From assembly GCF_032191835.1 (NCBI RefSeq), contig NC_083231.1:57040001-57104000 (forward strand): DNA of 64,000 nucleotides, in the 5' to 3' direction. A program made the position numbers and the translations under genes. The notes under the pieces are model-generated. The model saw nothing but the letters and a program-made list of their open reading frames with translations. It did no database searches and was not told where the DNA came from. Position 1 is the stretch's first letter, and each line of letters starts with the position of its first letter. This DNA is from Heteronotia binoei. Lineage: Eukaryota. This document shows positions 23,794 to 37,283 of this stretch, one piece after another.

Positions 23794-23993
23794 CAGGGGT
23801 TTTTTGAGCAAGAATGCACAGGAACACAGGTCCGACTGGCTTCGCATCAAAGGGTGTGGCCTAATATGCAAATAACTTTTCCCCGGGCTTTTTCTACCAA
23901 AAAGTTGTGTGTGAAAACAATGGTGATGTCAAGGGGTGTGGCCTAATATGCAAATGAGTTCCCACTGTGCTTTTTCTACAAAAAAAGGCCCTG
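23794..23993. mobile_element. hAT-type MITE with duplicated internal unit
   Basis: Ends caggggtttttt / aaaaaggccctg, TSD aatagacc / agtagacc, and two copies of gggtgtggcctaatatgcaaat. Confidence 0.7.
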
Positions 23994-25429
23994 AGTAGAC
24001 CTGCTGTGAATTGCTCTCTTAATCCAATAGCTGGTAGTGCTCTTGACTGCTTAAGTTAAACTGTGATTCTGTGGTTGTCTAGAAAGTGTGTTACCCCAGT
24101 AAAGTTACTGTCTGCATCTTTAATCTGGTTTCTCAAATGACAAGCGCCACTAAAAACTTTGATTTATGAGTCTTGTAGCTGAAAGATAATACAAGCTGGT
24201 CATTTGTCATAATGCAGTTATTAAACTTTAGTCCATAATATAGCTGTTTCCTTGATTTTTAAAGACAATTTAAAAAAAAGTAGCTTCTCACATTACAGAA
24301 AGTATTCTACTGCAGAGTAAACAATAAACTTCCAGGTGTACGCAGATCCTGTGTGGTCAACTCACATCCCATTCAAAATCCATATATAATTTTAAAATGC
24401 TCATGTACCTTAAGATTTAACAAGATCACACAATGGCTATTATTGTTTTTAAACTCTGCTTCAGTTAACACACACAAAATCAGAAGCCAACACTTAACAC
24501 AATCAGTCCCACACAACTTAAGTCTTAAATGAAGATATAGTACCACAGAAATGTTCTCTAAAATTGCACATTTTATTCCAAAACTTTGGCCCTTTTCAAT
24601 CTGCCTTTGTATCCCATTTTAGTAACTGGTTGCTAATCAATTTCCCCCCCTATCATTTTAAGTTTTAGTAGCCAGCTGCTAGTGGAATATATTTATCTGT
24701 TCATACAAATCTGCTTGTATCAGGTTAGCAAAGCATGGTTGAACTGCTTTTGAGAGAAACGATTTTTTCCCCATTTTCTACACCTTTGTTGTGCTTTTGA
24801 ATCACTGTGGGATGCTGTTTAAAATGTCCTCAGTGTTTCCTACAATGCCACTTTTCCCCTCTGTCCGATCTTCTTCAGAGTTTTTGAATATGCTAAGTTG
24901 AGGGCTATAGCTCAACTTTTTCACATGGCAAAAAAGGGCAGGGGAGAAAAGCGGCACTGTTTGAAATGACCGAAGTGCTTCAGAGATAGACACCATAGGA
25001 CTTAAAAAACAGAAGGAAATTCACTATGAAAACCCCATCCCTGCATTACTTTACTTGAGATGAGGCCAGCAACACATAACATCCCGTTAAAATGGTAATG
25101 TGAAAAGGGAATTTATCTATGTAGCAGAAGAACTGATATTCTCCCTAGTTTACATCATCTTTCATTTCCTATCATCCGATCAGGATGCAGATAAAGGTGT
25201 GCACTTTGAATTTTGCCTCAAGATTTCAGGAATGGCATGATTTTCTCTTATCCCACAGTTTTGGGAGTGTTGATTCCCTTCCAGAAATCTATTTAGAGAA
25301 CTTTTCTGGGTTTGGGAATATAGGCATCTAGAAATCATGCCCTTAAAAAAACCAGAATGCAATGCCCTGCCCTTGGCAACTGCAGCAGTGAGGGAGACAT
25401 GTGCACACCAGCTGGGCCATGGTGCAGAT

Positions 25430-25690
25430 CAGGGGTGCCAAACTTGCTTAATGCAGTTCTTGCCACACAGAATAAACGTCAAGATGTTTGAGAGTCACAA
25501 GGAAGGAAGGCAGATAGATTGAGGAGGGGGAAAACAACTTTAACTTTAAATGCATTCTCCAAGCTACCAGCTGGCTTGGAGAAGTGATTTAAAGAGAGAA
25601 ATGCCTTCTCCATGCCAGGGGCTTTGACAGCCACACAATATATGTGAAAGAGCCACATGTGGCTCCTGAGCCGCAGTTTGGCCACACCTG
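25430..25690. mobile_element. hAT-type MITE
   Basis: Ends caggggtgccaaac / gtttggccacacctg with TSD gtgcagat / gtacagat. Confidence 0.75.
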
Positions 25691-26472
25691 GTACAGATGC
25701 TGTGACAGCCTTTTAATACCCCTTTAAGTTTTAAAGATCCACTGTGATATGGGCAGTAGACCACAGTCTCTTCCTCTCCCACCTTTTCATTGCTCCTGCT
25801 GCCTGCCTCTCCCATTTCTGAAATTCTTCCAAAATTTCAGGAGGCAAATTTTTATTACTCCTGAAATTTCTGGAGGCTTTGTGTCACTTTGGATATCTTC
25901 AGTGGAATTCCAGGATTAATTCTGGTCCAGGAATATCAGTATTCACACCCCTAGATAAAACATCTCACAAAACATAGGATTCTATGCATGTAAGGGAACA
26001 AACTATCTTTTTTTCATCTTTTTCTTTGTGACAGTGGGTTGGATCCATTCAGCTTTTTTGCGCCACTGCACCCAATTCTCTTCATTACTACAGCTCCCCC
26101 CCCCTCCCAGCTGTTGCACAGACATGTCTATGATTCTCACTGAAAGTTTTTTGGGTGGTCAAAGAGGATGCCTCCTTCCTTTTTCATCAGAAAAGCTGGC
26201 TGGATCCAACCCAATAGAAAAACGAACTTAAGAAACGTATGAGTGATTGTGGAAAGAATAGGGAAAGGAAAAAATACTTCCAAAGTTAACTACAGAAAGA
26301 TGTGATTGACATAGACAAATACGTTCCACCATTCAACAGGCCAGGGGGAAAGGTAACCTCACCATAGAATCTAGAAAACAGGCAGCAGCAGAAAGGCAGG
26401 AGGTCTTAAGCCTTACGATATGTAATTCCATGGGAACAGGTCTACCAGAACTGTAATTATTGCATTACTAGT

Positions 26473-26478
26473 TTTATT
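26473..26478 (-). terminator. Candidate FHIP1A polyadenylation signal AATAAA
   Basis: tttatt on the + strand ~1.6 kb past the stop, in AT-rich UTR-like sequence. Other candidates exist further left. Confidence 0.3.
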
Positions 26479-28112
26479 CATGAAAATCCCATCAGGCATT
26501 TGAAAAGTGCTTATAGAGAAGATGAACCTGATACACTTTACTTGTCCCGCTACGGCCCACAAGCCTCTAATGTTAGTCTACAGCAGATGGAAAAGAGAAT
26601 GGGCAAAGAGACTAGATAAGGAGAAGGCTGCTCAGGAATGAAGGAGACAACAGCCTTTGTACTTCCAAATTCAAACCATATTCAAGTGAACATTTGGTAA
26701 TCTTTCCAAGGACGTATCAGTTTTTTTTAGGTGCCATGATATTTCATGGAATATACAAACATTCTTGCTACTATTAGCAGCTCTATATGGAATTTACAAA
26801 AAAGCAAAGCAAATCTAATTGCTTTCGAGTCTTGTCTTTGCCTCCTGCATTCATTGGTTTCAGAGTAGCATCTCATTTTCTCTTGTTATAAAAAAGATGA
26901 TGAAGGCCTTTCAAAAACTGAGCCACTGGTTAAGGAGCCAACTTCAGCACTGGAGAAACAATTACTCTTGCTAGAACAAACTGTAGTGCACCAATTCATC
27001 ATGTTTGTACCCCTTCTAATGAACCTCATTACTCACAAAAGAAAATGTTCAATTGGACACCAGTGGCAACAGGTTCTATATGAATCCTTAGTAACATTCT
27101 TATGCAGCAAGTAGCAACATGCTCCTGTCATTTCTCAAAAGTGCAAAATTAAGACAAGTTAACATACATCACAAATAAATATCCAGTGTTTTACAGGTAC
27201 CATACAGCTCCTCTTTGACAAAAATACTATTTAAATTAAAAAAGGAAAATATAGCTTAGAGGCAGGATTTTTTTTAAAATCTGACAAAAATATAATTAAC
27301 TTTTAAACACTATTTAAAAATTCCCTGGACTATTTCCATCTTTATCAATAGAAGTATACAAACGTGCTCTACAAAATGTAATGGGATTATATAAAAGATT
27401 TTTGCTGTGTGCAAATCTTACTAAAATAAGGCTTGCATTAGACCATTATCTAGTATTTTCAGAGAATGCAGATAAATGGCCAGGGGAAAACAATTCCATG
27501 CGGTCTGCACTCAATGGCCATTTACTCATTCCATTAAACTTCAAAAGATTCAACAGCTGAAAGCTACAGACTTGTCCACAGCATAAGGCAACATGGTATG
27601 TATTCAGCACAGCACCTGCTTTCAGCAAGTCATATGTTTATGTATGTTAAATTCATTTTGATTCAACTGGCAAAGCTGAGCTTAGGGGGAGGACTGTTAT
27701 CTTCCCCCTTAAATAGAAACCAAAAGAGTAATTGCATAAAAGTCTTATTGGATTTGTTGTGCTGCTTCTTATTGGTATTCTCTTATCTTTTCTTGGGAAA
27801 CCAAGTCTACTAAATAGAAAGAAAAAAAACCCTGCAGCTGACTGTACAAATGGGCCTTTTAAACTTACCCAAAGTGACTACAATAGTTTAATGAGAGAAA
27901 CTGAGGTAAATCAAATCAAGCATTGGAATAAGGTAACATAAAAAGAAGCTTCATGACTACCATAAGCTGACAGTTTGCATAGCTGGAAATAAGGCCCAAA
28001 ATAAAAGATGTAACTTTTTCTCTCCAATCAAGTATTATCAGGAATACAAAGTAGAATTTGCCTTTAGAAGTAATTCTGCATTTTAAAAAATTAAAAAGTC
28101 TCATGAAATAAA

Positions 28113-28363
28113 CTAATAATAATCCTCAAAATCACCAAATACTTTGCAACATAGAATTGAATGTTCCTGTGCAAGAGCAGCCAGTTCCTTGAGAAACTCC
28201 GGGAAGAGTGCAGCTGCCAGGATGGCGTTCCTGACAGATGAAGGGATGCTGAGCAGAGCAGCTCCTCTTTTTGCCTTACTTCCCAAGAAAGGCTGCAAGA
28301 TGGCTTGAGATGCCTCTGAAAGGTTCCTTCCTTTTCCCATAATGTTGGTGTGCTGGGCATGGC
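28113..28363 (-). CDS. FHIP1A: FHIP1A last coding exon (stop TAG 28115-28113)
   Basis: tttcag|GC acceptor, phase 1. Encodes (G)HAQHTNIMGKGRNLSEASQAILQPFL...VRNAILAAALFPEFLKELAALAQEHSILCCKVFGDFEDYY*; LFPEFLKELAALAQEH is the FHIP C-terminal signature. Confidence 0.95.
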
Positions 28364-28520
28364 CTGAAACCAGAAGGAGAAAAACATCTATTTTAAACTG
28401 GTTTAAGCAGCTGAATGTATGTAGACTGTACAAGGTATAGTATCATTTCATAGGATAACAACATTTCACCACCCTTTCTTTGTTTTACTTCTTTCAGGTT
28501 TATGATTCTTAATTTCTTTC

Positions 28521-28545
28521 ACCACCACCACCACCACCACCACCA
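28521..28545. repeat. (CAC)n microsatellite
   Basis: About 8 CAC units, in the last FHIP1A intron. Confidence 0.9.
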
Positions 28546-30940
28546 TGTAGACTTAGTTCCCTGTTGGGGGGAAAATTATAATACAAATTACCTAAAACTA
28601 AAAGTTACTCCACATTGCTAAGTGATTTTGAAGCTGAACTGGTATTTAAAGTTGAAGTAGCTCTTCATTCTGGCTGTAAGCAATGTGAATGAGCCAACGC
28701 GTAGAGATTTCAAAGCACTAGCCCTCCAGTAACAATGGTAGTACCACACAAAGAAAGAATTTTTACAATTTTTATAATCGCATGTGCAATTTTTGTACAT
28801 ACAATATACCCTAAACCACTCTCACTAAATCCCAAAAGACTTACGTTGACTGTCAAGAAGCAGAGTAACGGCAATGTTTTTGGCTTTTGCTTTATGTATA
28901 GAACTCACACATTTATTGTACACATCTACTTGTGGAGGAGAAAATGTTGTTTTTATTTGAACACTGCATAATAATCCTATACAGAGTTCAAATAATCTTG
29001 TATGTTCTATTACCACAGGCCATTTCTACCTTATATTCCATAATTGACATAATGATACAGGTTGATGGACAACTGGCTGCAGGCACTGCAATTTGATGGC
29101 TGGCACTGTGAGCATGACTGAGAGCCAAAGCTGCAGTTAGCCAGACACTAATTTATTCTATAAGCAAGAGCCCTCAAAGGCTGCTAAAAATGGGCAATGA
29201 GAGTAGAGAGAGAGAAGCAGTACAGGCAGACTGCTTTAGGGTCCTTGAAATAATCAATGTGTAAGATTTTGGCAAACAATCATGGAAAAATGGAAAAGAC
29301 CAAAATGGAAAAAAAATGACAGAAAATTTTAAAATACTTACATACACCACCAATCAGTGCCTGCTGTGTGAACAGATAAGTATTGGGACTTAATTACACA
29401 GCATGGAAAAGGGTTTTGATGCTTAGGAAGGCAGCAATCTGCTTACTTCCTTTTGTTGGAAGATTTAACTCTTTTTATTGCATTGAACTATCTGCAACCT
29501 TTGTGTTCTGCTTCATAGAAATAGCCTAAGAAGGGAGCCAATGTAAGACTTTTTTTCTTATTGAAATACACCTTTATTTATGGTCTACTTCTTTTGCTGA
29601 TTCATATTGTAAGCTTCTACATGATAATTATTTGGATTTATACCATATTTGACTTACTGAGAATGTAAATATTCTTTAAAATAATTTTTTTTCTATTAAA
29701 AAAAGGATTTTGGCACTAGATAAAGCTAAATTAAGAATACAATGACGAATTAGAATATAAAATGGCCTAGATCCAAAGAACTTTTAAACTAGATTTGTCA
29801 ATCCTCCTCTCATTGCTCCAGGCAAACTGCTAATAAAATTGAAAATAATTTTTAGTATATGATACCAGAAGGGAATGCATTGTTCAAAGTAATTTAAATG
29901 TGTGTGCACAGCTAATACAAGATGCTGGCATGAACCTATGCGGTTCCTTTGATCCTTGTTGTTGTATGTTAGCTTTAAAAACAAAGTCCACATGACAGAG
30001 ATATCATATCCTCTGGGATTTGGTGTGTACCATTAAGCTTATCTATCCAATTTATACACAGGAGACAATAGCAGCTTAACAACAGGCTTCTTCACTGCTT
30101 CACACACACTTGGATCTATAACCTTCACATACAGAGCTAGAATTAAATGAGGCCCTTCCCATATATGCCTTTATGGGACAACAGAAACAGCAACCACTTC
30201 AGAACTGGGAGTTAGAGGCCAGCAGCACTGGACTCACTGTTGGGAATCAAGAGATAATGACAGCAGAGGTTTGGTGGGGTGGGTGAGTTCCAACCTATTG
30301 TTCTGTAAACCACCTCGGAGTCCTTTGGTGCCTAGTAAGCATCATATTTACCACATACATCTTTAAGAAGCTAATAATGCAAACAATGATTTTTTGCATA
30401 CTTCCAAATATCACACAAATTAGAAATTGAGAAAAACAATTTCAGGTGGTAAGTCTCAATTGCTTCTCACACTCCTGAATACCACCTAATTAAATCAAGG
30501 GAAGGGGCTTCATCCAAATAATACAGTCTTTTAAAAATGTTCTACTGCTAAGTAATTAGTCACTATGGTTACTGTTCCCATCAGATTCTGTACATTCCCC
30601 ATTATACCTGAACACAGTGTCTAATTAAAACTTGTAGTCATAACACTCATATAATAATAATGTGTGGATACAGCAATTCTAGCCAAACAATAAGGGCGTT
30701 TGGGGGCAATAATTTTATTTTGCAAACAGAAAACATACTGAATGAAATCCAAAAGAATGCACATGCAGCATTTTTCTTAGATAACATTTCTTAACACCTC
30801 CCAGGCATAGCATCCAAATGTCTTTCTAGGTGACTTAGTAATCAAAGATATATTGTATCTCTTAATGGAAGATCAATCTAGCTAACAGCAACTGAAAATG
30901 TTCATCATAATTTTTTTCCTAAAAACTATTTTTTTATTTT

Positions 30941-31122
30941 GTGTGTGTGTGCCTGGAAGTCATGGTTGACTTCTGGGGTTTGGATGTTCAGAGAGGTGGC
31001 TCTATTGCTGCCTCTGCATCCCAGATCTGGTATTCCTTGGAGGTCTCCCATCCAAATACTTGCCAGGGTCAGTCCTACTTAGCTTCTGGTATTGGGCTTG
31101 CCTGGGCTATCCAGGTCAGGGC
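30941..31122 (-). mobile_element. 5S rRNA-derived SINE copy
   Basis: Reverse complement contains gaagctaag...gtatttggatgggagacc. Similar copies at ~37783-37998 and ~63052-63262. Confidence 0.65.
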
Positions 31123-31904
31123 TAAAAACCATCTATTAACAAAAGTTGTGGTAGTGATTACATCCCATTTGAAACATACTTGCTTTTGTTTAAGCTCAAC
31201 CTACTACAAATCAATTTAATTGGATGCCCCGTATTCTATCACTATCACTCTTAACAAAATCTTACCATGTAGAGTTTCTCCTAGCAATGCATGTTATTGT
31301 AGTCCTGGCCTTTCCCTTATCCCTTTTGAAGACTGATGTTATATTGGCTACCAGATGTGTGTAACTGAATACTGCTGACCCAATGAAATGTTTCATAGTT
31401 CAAATGATCAAATCAGTAATATAAGGTCCCCACTGTAATGATTCCCAATTCCAATTATTTTCACACCTGATAATATTGGAACTAGGAATTGTGTCAGAGA
31501 GGCAGCAGGAACAGCTAGGGAGAACTGAGCCCCATGTGGTCCATAGAGAGTTGGCGTTTTAAATGGCCAGTATTTTCTATGGACTGAAGACCAGGCCTAC
31601 TGAGCCAGACTCTAGAGACCAGGTCTACAGCCCAGATTTTATATAAGTACCTTGTCCTCCAGAGGCCTGGCCTTCCACTGATAGAAGTGTAAAGGATCAA
31701 TGTACTATTTAAAAACTGGGACCAGAATGTGTTTCCTCTCCTTCCTCCCTCCTTTCTCCTGCTGCCTCTGGGAGGGAGCCACATCCAAAATTATAATTTG
31801 TAATTTTCTTTGTTAAACTCAGAAAGGTCACAGTTACTTTCAGCACTTGCATTTTGTTCCTCTGGAGAGCAGTCACTTTCTCACAGCCTCACACAAAGCT
31901 AAGA

Positions 31905-32010
31905 AATCATAGAATCATAGAGTTCAAAGGTACCTCCAGAGTCATCTAGTCCAACCCCCTGCACAATGCAGGAAACTCACAAATACCTCCCCCTAAATTC
32001 ACAGGAGCTA
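31905..32010 (-). mobile_element. CR1-type 3' end (attctatg tail)
   Basis: catagaatcatagagttcaaaggtacctccagagtcatctagtccaacccc is the reverse complement of a CR1 3' terminus. Confidence 0.65.
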
Positions 32011-32757
32011 CAGACCCTCTTTCTTTTCCTTTGCACTAGAGTAAAGGCTTGAAAAGTTGAGGGAGGCAGAGTCCTACTGTGGCAATTTGTCAGGAAGCAA
32101 CAGTAGGATGTTCTTGACAGCAACGGCAGCAGAAGAATACTCCCCCCACCACTCTTCCCTTAGTCTTACCCCTATAAAGCTGAAACTGCTCCTGGCTGTG
32201 GCCAGATGCACCATTTAAACTGTCAGTAAGATGCTCCTGTTTTTGTCCACCCTTACTTGAAACACAATAGCCCAATCAAACATCCTGACCGCAATCTACC
32301 TCGCTGAGTGCTTGTCCCATCACTGGCCAATCAGACAGCCCAGCCTTTGAGCATGCACATAAACAATGTCACTGATTGGCTCGCCCATGTCAGGACTATT
32401 TTCTAGGAGCGTGGACTAAACAATGATTGTGTTACTCACAAATCTCAACCTAAAAAAACTCAAAGAAGTGTTTGTGTTTGTGGTTGCTCAGAATGTGTCT
32501 CTTGTGGTGCTTAAGGCACCTGTGGGCTCCTGCTGCCTTTCGCCAATTATGCAGATATGTGTGTATTGCTAAGATTTAAAAAAATGGTGCTGGACCAAAA
32601 CTGGCAGGGATGGAAGCTGCAATGGCTTGATGAAGCTGGAGCAATCAGACAGGGAAAATCAATTCATGGCCTGCCATTAGGCATTTCGGACCAGACTTTA
32701 TTAACCGTCAAATAAGTCCAGAACTGAGTCAGGGCAGAACAGTTTGCCCACAACTCA

Positions 32758-32933
32758 CAGTAAATGTTCCCTCTAAGCTTCAGAGTCTTGTGAGCAAAAA
32801 TTCTACTTTGTGAGCTACTGGCATTTAAGTTGTGAGCTATGCATAAATTATTGTGCTCTGGGGTCATCCTTCCTGAGCTAAGACAAAAAACTGTGAGCTA
32901 GCTCACACTAACTCGACTTAAAGGGAACACTGT
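32758..32933. mobile_element. MITE with cagtgttccctctaag-type TIRs
   Basis: cagtaaatgttccctctaag ... cttaaagggaacactg, with repeated internal gtgagc motifs. Confidence 0.55.
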
Positions 32934-33477
32934 TCATTTTTAAAAATTAATTTTCAACCCGCATGTATACTAAATTGATGATACTAGAATAAAGTTGCCA
33001 ACCTCCCCCATGGTGGCTGGACATCTCCCTGGATTAAAACTGATCTCCAGGCTTATAGATAGCAGTTCCCCTGGAGAAAGCGGCTGCTTGGGAGGGTGGG
33101 CTGTATGGTATTATACCCTGCTGAGGTCCCTCAGATACCCAGGAATTTTCCAATCCAGAGCTGGCAACTCTGTCTTGAATCACTTTTGCCAACAGGTTCA
33201 ACTATATTTGCATTCTGCAACAGGGGGGGGGGGGATGGTCAAAGAAAGACAAATAAGTAACATTTTACAGCAAAGCGCCGGACTGTGAGGGAGAGGAAGG
33301 CAACTTGTAGCCTTTCTGCTATTTGAAAGTCACCCCCCACATACACACTGCAGTCTTGCATTGGATTAGCATTCCACAGCTATACTATTACATAGAAATT
33401 GTGAGCAACTAATGTCATTATCTTTTTCCCCCAAAAAAGGACAATCATGAAGTTAATGACAATGGGTTTTTTTTTCA

Positions 33478-33680
33478 GAGGGTAGCCATGTTGATCTGCA
33501 ATAGAACAACTAGATTTGAGTCCAGTAGCACCTTAGAGACCAACAAGATTTTCAGGATAGAAGCCTTCAGGAGTCAATGCTCCCTTTGTCAGATACCAAC
33601 CTGACAAAGGGACCTCTGACTCTCAAAAGCTTATACCCCAAATATCTTGTTGGTCTCTAAAGTGCTAATGGATCAAATCT
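33478..33680. repeat. Head-to-head palindrome of a Penelope-type terminal repeat
   Basis: gagtccagtagcaccttagagaccaacaagatttt ... atcttgttggtctctaaagtgctaatgga are inverted halves. Related fragments at ~1362-1430, ~15413-15500, ~38000-38160 and ~45510-45925. Confidence 0.55.
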
Positions 33681-33853
33681 AACAAAAACACAGTGTGCTT
33701 GGAAGAGCATATACGCATAAAATAGCAGTACCATCTTGCATGCGAAGTAATATCTGAACTCCAGTGAAATAGATTAGCAACAACTGCTTCTTATACTATA
33801 AACGGATGGTCTAGAAGCCCCTTAAAAGGTGAACATTTGATATGCAAGCTGTT

Positions 33854-34006
33854 CAGAGCCGGATCTAGGGAGGGGGCAGAGGGGGGTGCCAAATTGGGCA
33901 TGGAATCCATTGTATTCTATGGGACCATAAGACAGAATGGCCCATAAGGGGGCATCATTTTTTAATTTTGCCCCCCCCCCTCAAAAAACATGTAGATCCG
34001 GTCCTG
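33854..34006. mobile_element. hAT-type MITE
   Basis: TIRs cagagccggatcta / tagatccggtcctg with a perfect 8-bp TSD aagctgtt at 33846-33853 and 34007-34014. Confidence 0.8.
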
Positions 34007-34808
34007 AAGCTGTTTAAAGGAACCCCAGCAGGTCACTCCCTGTATCGTGGGCATGATGTACTTTTCAGCTTTCTCACCTACATTTCAGTTGCTACAAGTA
34101 AAAGTTGCCTCTGACCAACACACAGAACTGCCGTGGCAAATTTCATTTCACAGCAGCAGCAACCTAAGAAGGCAGCTGCAACACGGAAAGCTGTTCCATA
34201 TGATGGCTTCTTGCATCCCCACCCCTAGACTTCTATGGCTAGACTTATTTTTAAACTCAGCCTGTTCCACTTGAGGGCACATTCATGAGATGCTGAGCAT
34301 GCTCTTCTCTCACAACAATTGTACAAACAACCGTATAATGCCTTTTCCTATTAGATTCACAAAAGCCTATATCTGAAACTGTTCTCCTCAAAGTTTATCT
34401 AAAGGGATGTGCATACTTTACATGGTCACACTAAAAATAAACTTGCAGACATGTGTCACCAGTTACCATTCTTCTGTTCCTGTAGTCAACGCTATTATAC
34501 CTGCAGGAGTTTCAAAGTTCAGTTTTACACACACACAAAAACTTTTAAAGAGCACTTTTAAGGAAGTATCATTGATATAACAGCTTCTCAAGTTATTAGC
34601 TTGGATCTAACTATGAGTTCTACACATGGAATGCAGTTTTCCCAACTTCCCTTCCTGCTGCAGCCCACATTTTGTCTAAAAAGCATCTTTGATTGAAATG
34701 CCATAGGATGTGATGCAATATTTATATACTTCATTTATGTACCTAATCCTTTGCACTAATAGGGACCCAGAGCAAATTGCATTATTCTTTTCTCCTTTCC
34801 TCCATTTT

Positions 34809-34884
34809 ACCTTCACAACAACCTGTGAAGTAGGTTAGGCAAACAGACCTTCACAACAACCTGTGAAGTAGGTTAGGCAAACAG
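34809..34884. repeat. Perfect 38-bp tandem duplication inside a SINE
   Basis: accttcacaacaacctgtgaagtaggttaggcaaacag x2. Confidence 0.9.
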
Positions 34885-35269
34885 TGTGTGACTGGCCCAA
34901 AGTCATCCAGTGAGTTTCTGTGGTAGAGTGGAGATTTTAATCTGGGTCTCCTGGATTCTAGACCGGCATTCTAACCATTGCATCACATTGGCACACTGGA
35001 GCTGCAGCAATAATGGGAAAACGAGAAATAATACCCTTTGTACAAATGGAAATGCACTTGTGCGAGTTTAGATACAAGCTGTTATTTAAACCTACCCTAC
35101 TTCATATTGCTGTTGGAAAGATAAAAGGAGACAGCTGATTGGATCCTGCAGAGAGTTCTACTGATTTCCTTATCATTGCGGATGACAAGTTGTTTTAGGT
35201 GAGCATCCCCACCCCTAGACTGTCTGTAAACAAGAAAAGGTCAGCCCCCCAGTACCTGTGTGAGGGAAG

Positions 35270-36352
35270 TCACATCTGCTCCAACCCCTCAGACAGAGAT
35301 ACTCACTTGAAGAATCTGCAACAGGCATTTTTGCAACTGCGATATCCTCCTGATACAGTGAGAGAAACATGATTGGAAAAGCCATAATGATACCCAGGGA
35401 CAACTTGCTTCAAGACAAACCCAAAGAAAATGACAACAGAACACTACTGGTGGTCATCTACAACTCACAACTCAAGCCAGTTCAACACATTATTACTGAC
35501 CTACAACCTATGCTGGATAGTGAGACTCCCCTCACACAGGCACTGAGAGGCTGTCCTTTTCTTGCTCACAGACACACAGCCTTGCTCACAGCCTACTAGC
35601 CTATAACAACTTCTCACCCGCAATTATAACTTAACAATAACAATCCAATAACAATACCAAGCCCTGCAACAAACCAGGATGCCAACTTTGCTTTCATATA
35701 GATCCTAGCAACATGATCACTGGACCCAACAACATTAGCCATACCATCTCAGGTTCCTATTCCTGCTCGTTCTCTAATGTGATTTATGCCATCATATGTC
35801 TGCAGCGCCCTTCCACTCTCTACACTGGACAAACAGGCCAGTCCCTTCAACAAAGTATTTGGACATAACTCTGACATTAGAAACCACAACATCCAAAAAC
35901 CAGTGGAGCAACATTTTAACCTTTCAGGACATTCAACTGCTGACCTAAAATTAGTAGTTATCTTAAAAAGGAATTTCAAAGGGGCAGTAGAGAGAGGAAC
36001 CACTGAATTGCAACTGATAATGAAACTCATGACAATTCATCCACTTAGAGAACTAGGTTTTCTGTATCATCACCAATCCTACTTCTCCATGCCTACAACC
36101 TCTCTGCATATCACACCTAAGGCAATCACACCTATTGTCGAAGGCCTGCTAAAGTCATTTAATTTCTGAAATCACTCTACTTTCCAATATATAGGACAGA
36201 TGAACTCACATTCTAGCTGTGTCTGAAGAAGTGAGCAGTGACTCATGAAAGCTCACGCCCTACCATGAATTTTGTTAGTCTTCAAAGTGCTACTGGACTG
36301 TTGCTCTTTTCTACTGCTATAGACAGAGTAACACAACTACCCATCTTGATCT
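35270..36352 (+). mobile_element. Penelope-like element: 3' RT, GIY-YIG endonuclease and terminal repeat, decayed
   Basis: ICSNPSDRDTHLKNLQQAF...NLLQDKPKENDNRTLLVV (PLE RT C-terminus), NVIYAIICLQRPSTLYTGQTGQSL (GIY-YIG), and KPVEQHFNLSGH. The terminal repeat ctgaagaagtgagc...gaaagctc...agtgctactggact is shared with short repeats elsewhere in the window. Confidence 0.8.
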
Positions 36353-37144
36353 ATCAACAACTAATGTTCTTCCAGTAACAGCAGATGTCGTGTTAAAGGT
36401 GTCCACAGGCCTGTCATATTTGTCTTGCAATCTTTCTCCTGAGAAGGAAACAGTCATGTCTTCAAATGACAAGCCAAATGGGGTGAGGAAAGCTACCTTG
36501 GAGAGAAAGAAATCCTTTAGCATCCAGCAAAGAAAAAAAATTGGTGCAGGAAACTGTGTTGCGGGTCTGAAAGGAAAGAGTGATTTACAGCCACTTACAA
36601 AATGGATTCAAACAAGAATAAAAGTAGTAGAACTGAGATACAAATGTAGTATTTGATGATTGTCCAGACTTCCTGCTACTTAACTTTTTCCTTAACAGCA
36701 CACAGAGATAATATATGAAAGTTGCTTCATCTGATTTTTCAGAGGCAGCAGCCACAGCCTACAGGAACTATATATCTACCTCTCTGGACCACAGCCCTGT
36801 CCCAGCCCCACTCACCTCACAGTAAAATGTCAGGAAATGGCTCTAACTTTCCGAAGTCCTAATTTTGCCCTAGGCCTGCCAGATCCAATGGAGTTGAACC
36901 TGGTTCCCATTCACCTTCCAGCTATCTTACAAAATAAATAAATATTCCTATCCTATAACATTTGAAACTTATGTATAGATGGGGTAGGGGAGTGTTTACA
37001 ATGTATTTAATTCCAATAATCTTAAATCTTCCTTTAACAATTAAGCATCTCTAAAAGGTGTTTCAGTTTTTATTTACTGAAGCCTATTTTTAAAAGTTAG
37101 TAAAACTTGTTTTCTATCTTGCATTAAGAGCAGTAGTTACTTGC

Positions 37145-37283
37145 CTTTGGTCAATGACTCTAGTGGAACATCAGACATGTCCACTCGTAAAAGCAAATAT
37201 TGTTGTGCTTGTATGAGAAGGTGGGGAAAATCCTTTTCAATGGAAGCAAACTGCTCAATTTTATTTTTCACAGACGCCAGCAC
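37145..37283 (-). CDS. FHIP1A: FHIP1A penultimate coding exon (GC donor)
   Basis: tggcag|GTG ... AAAG|gcaagt, 139 bp. Encodes VLASVKNKIEQFASIEKDFPHLLIQAQQYLLLRVDMSDVPLESLTK. Confidence 0.93.

Noticed and set aside
34809-34884. CRISPR-like or other spaced repeat array
   Set aside because: Only two directly adjacent copies with no spacers, in a eukaryotic SINE. No CRISPR array exists in this window.
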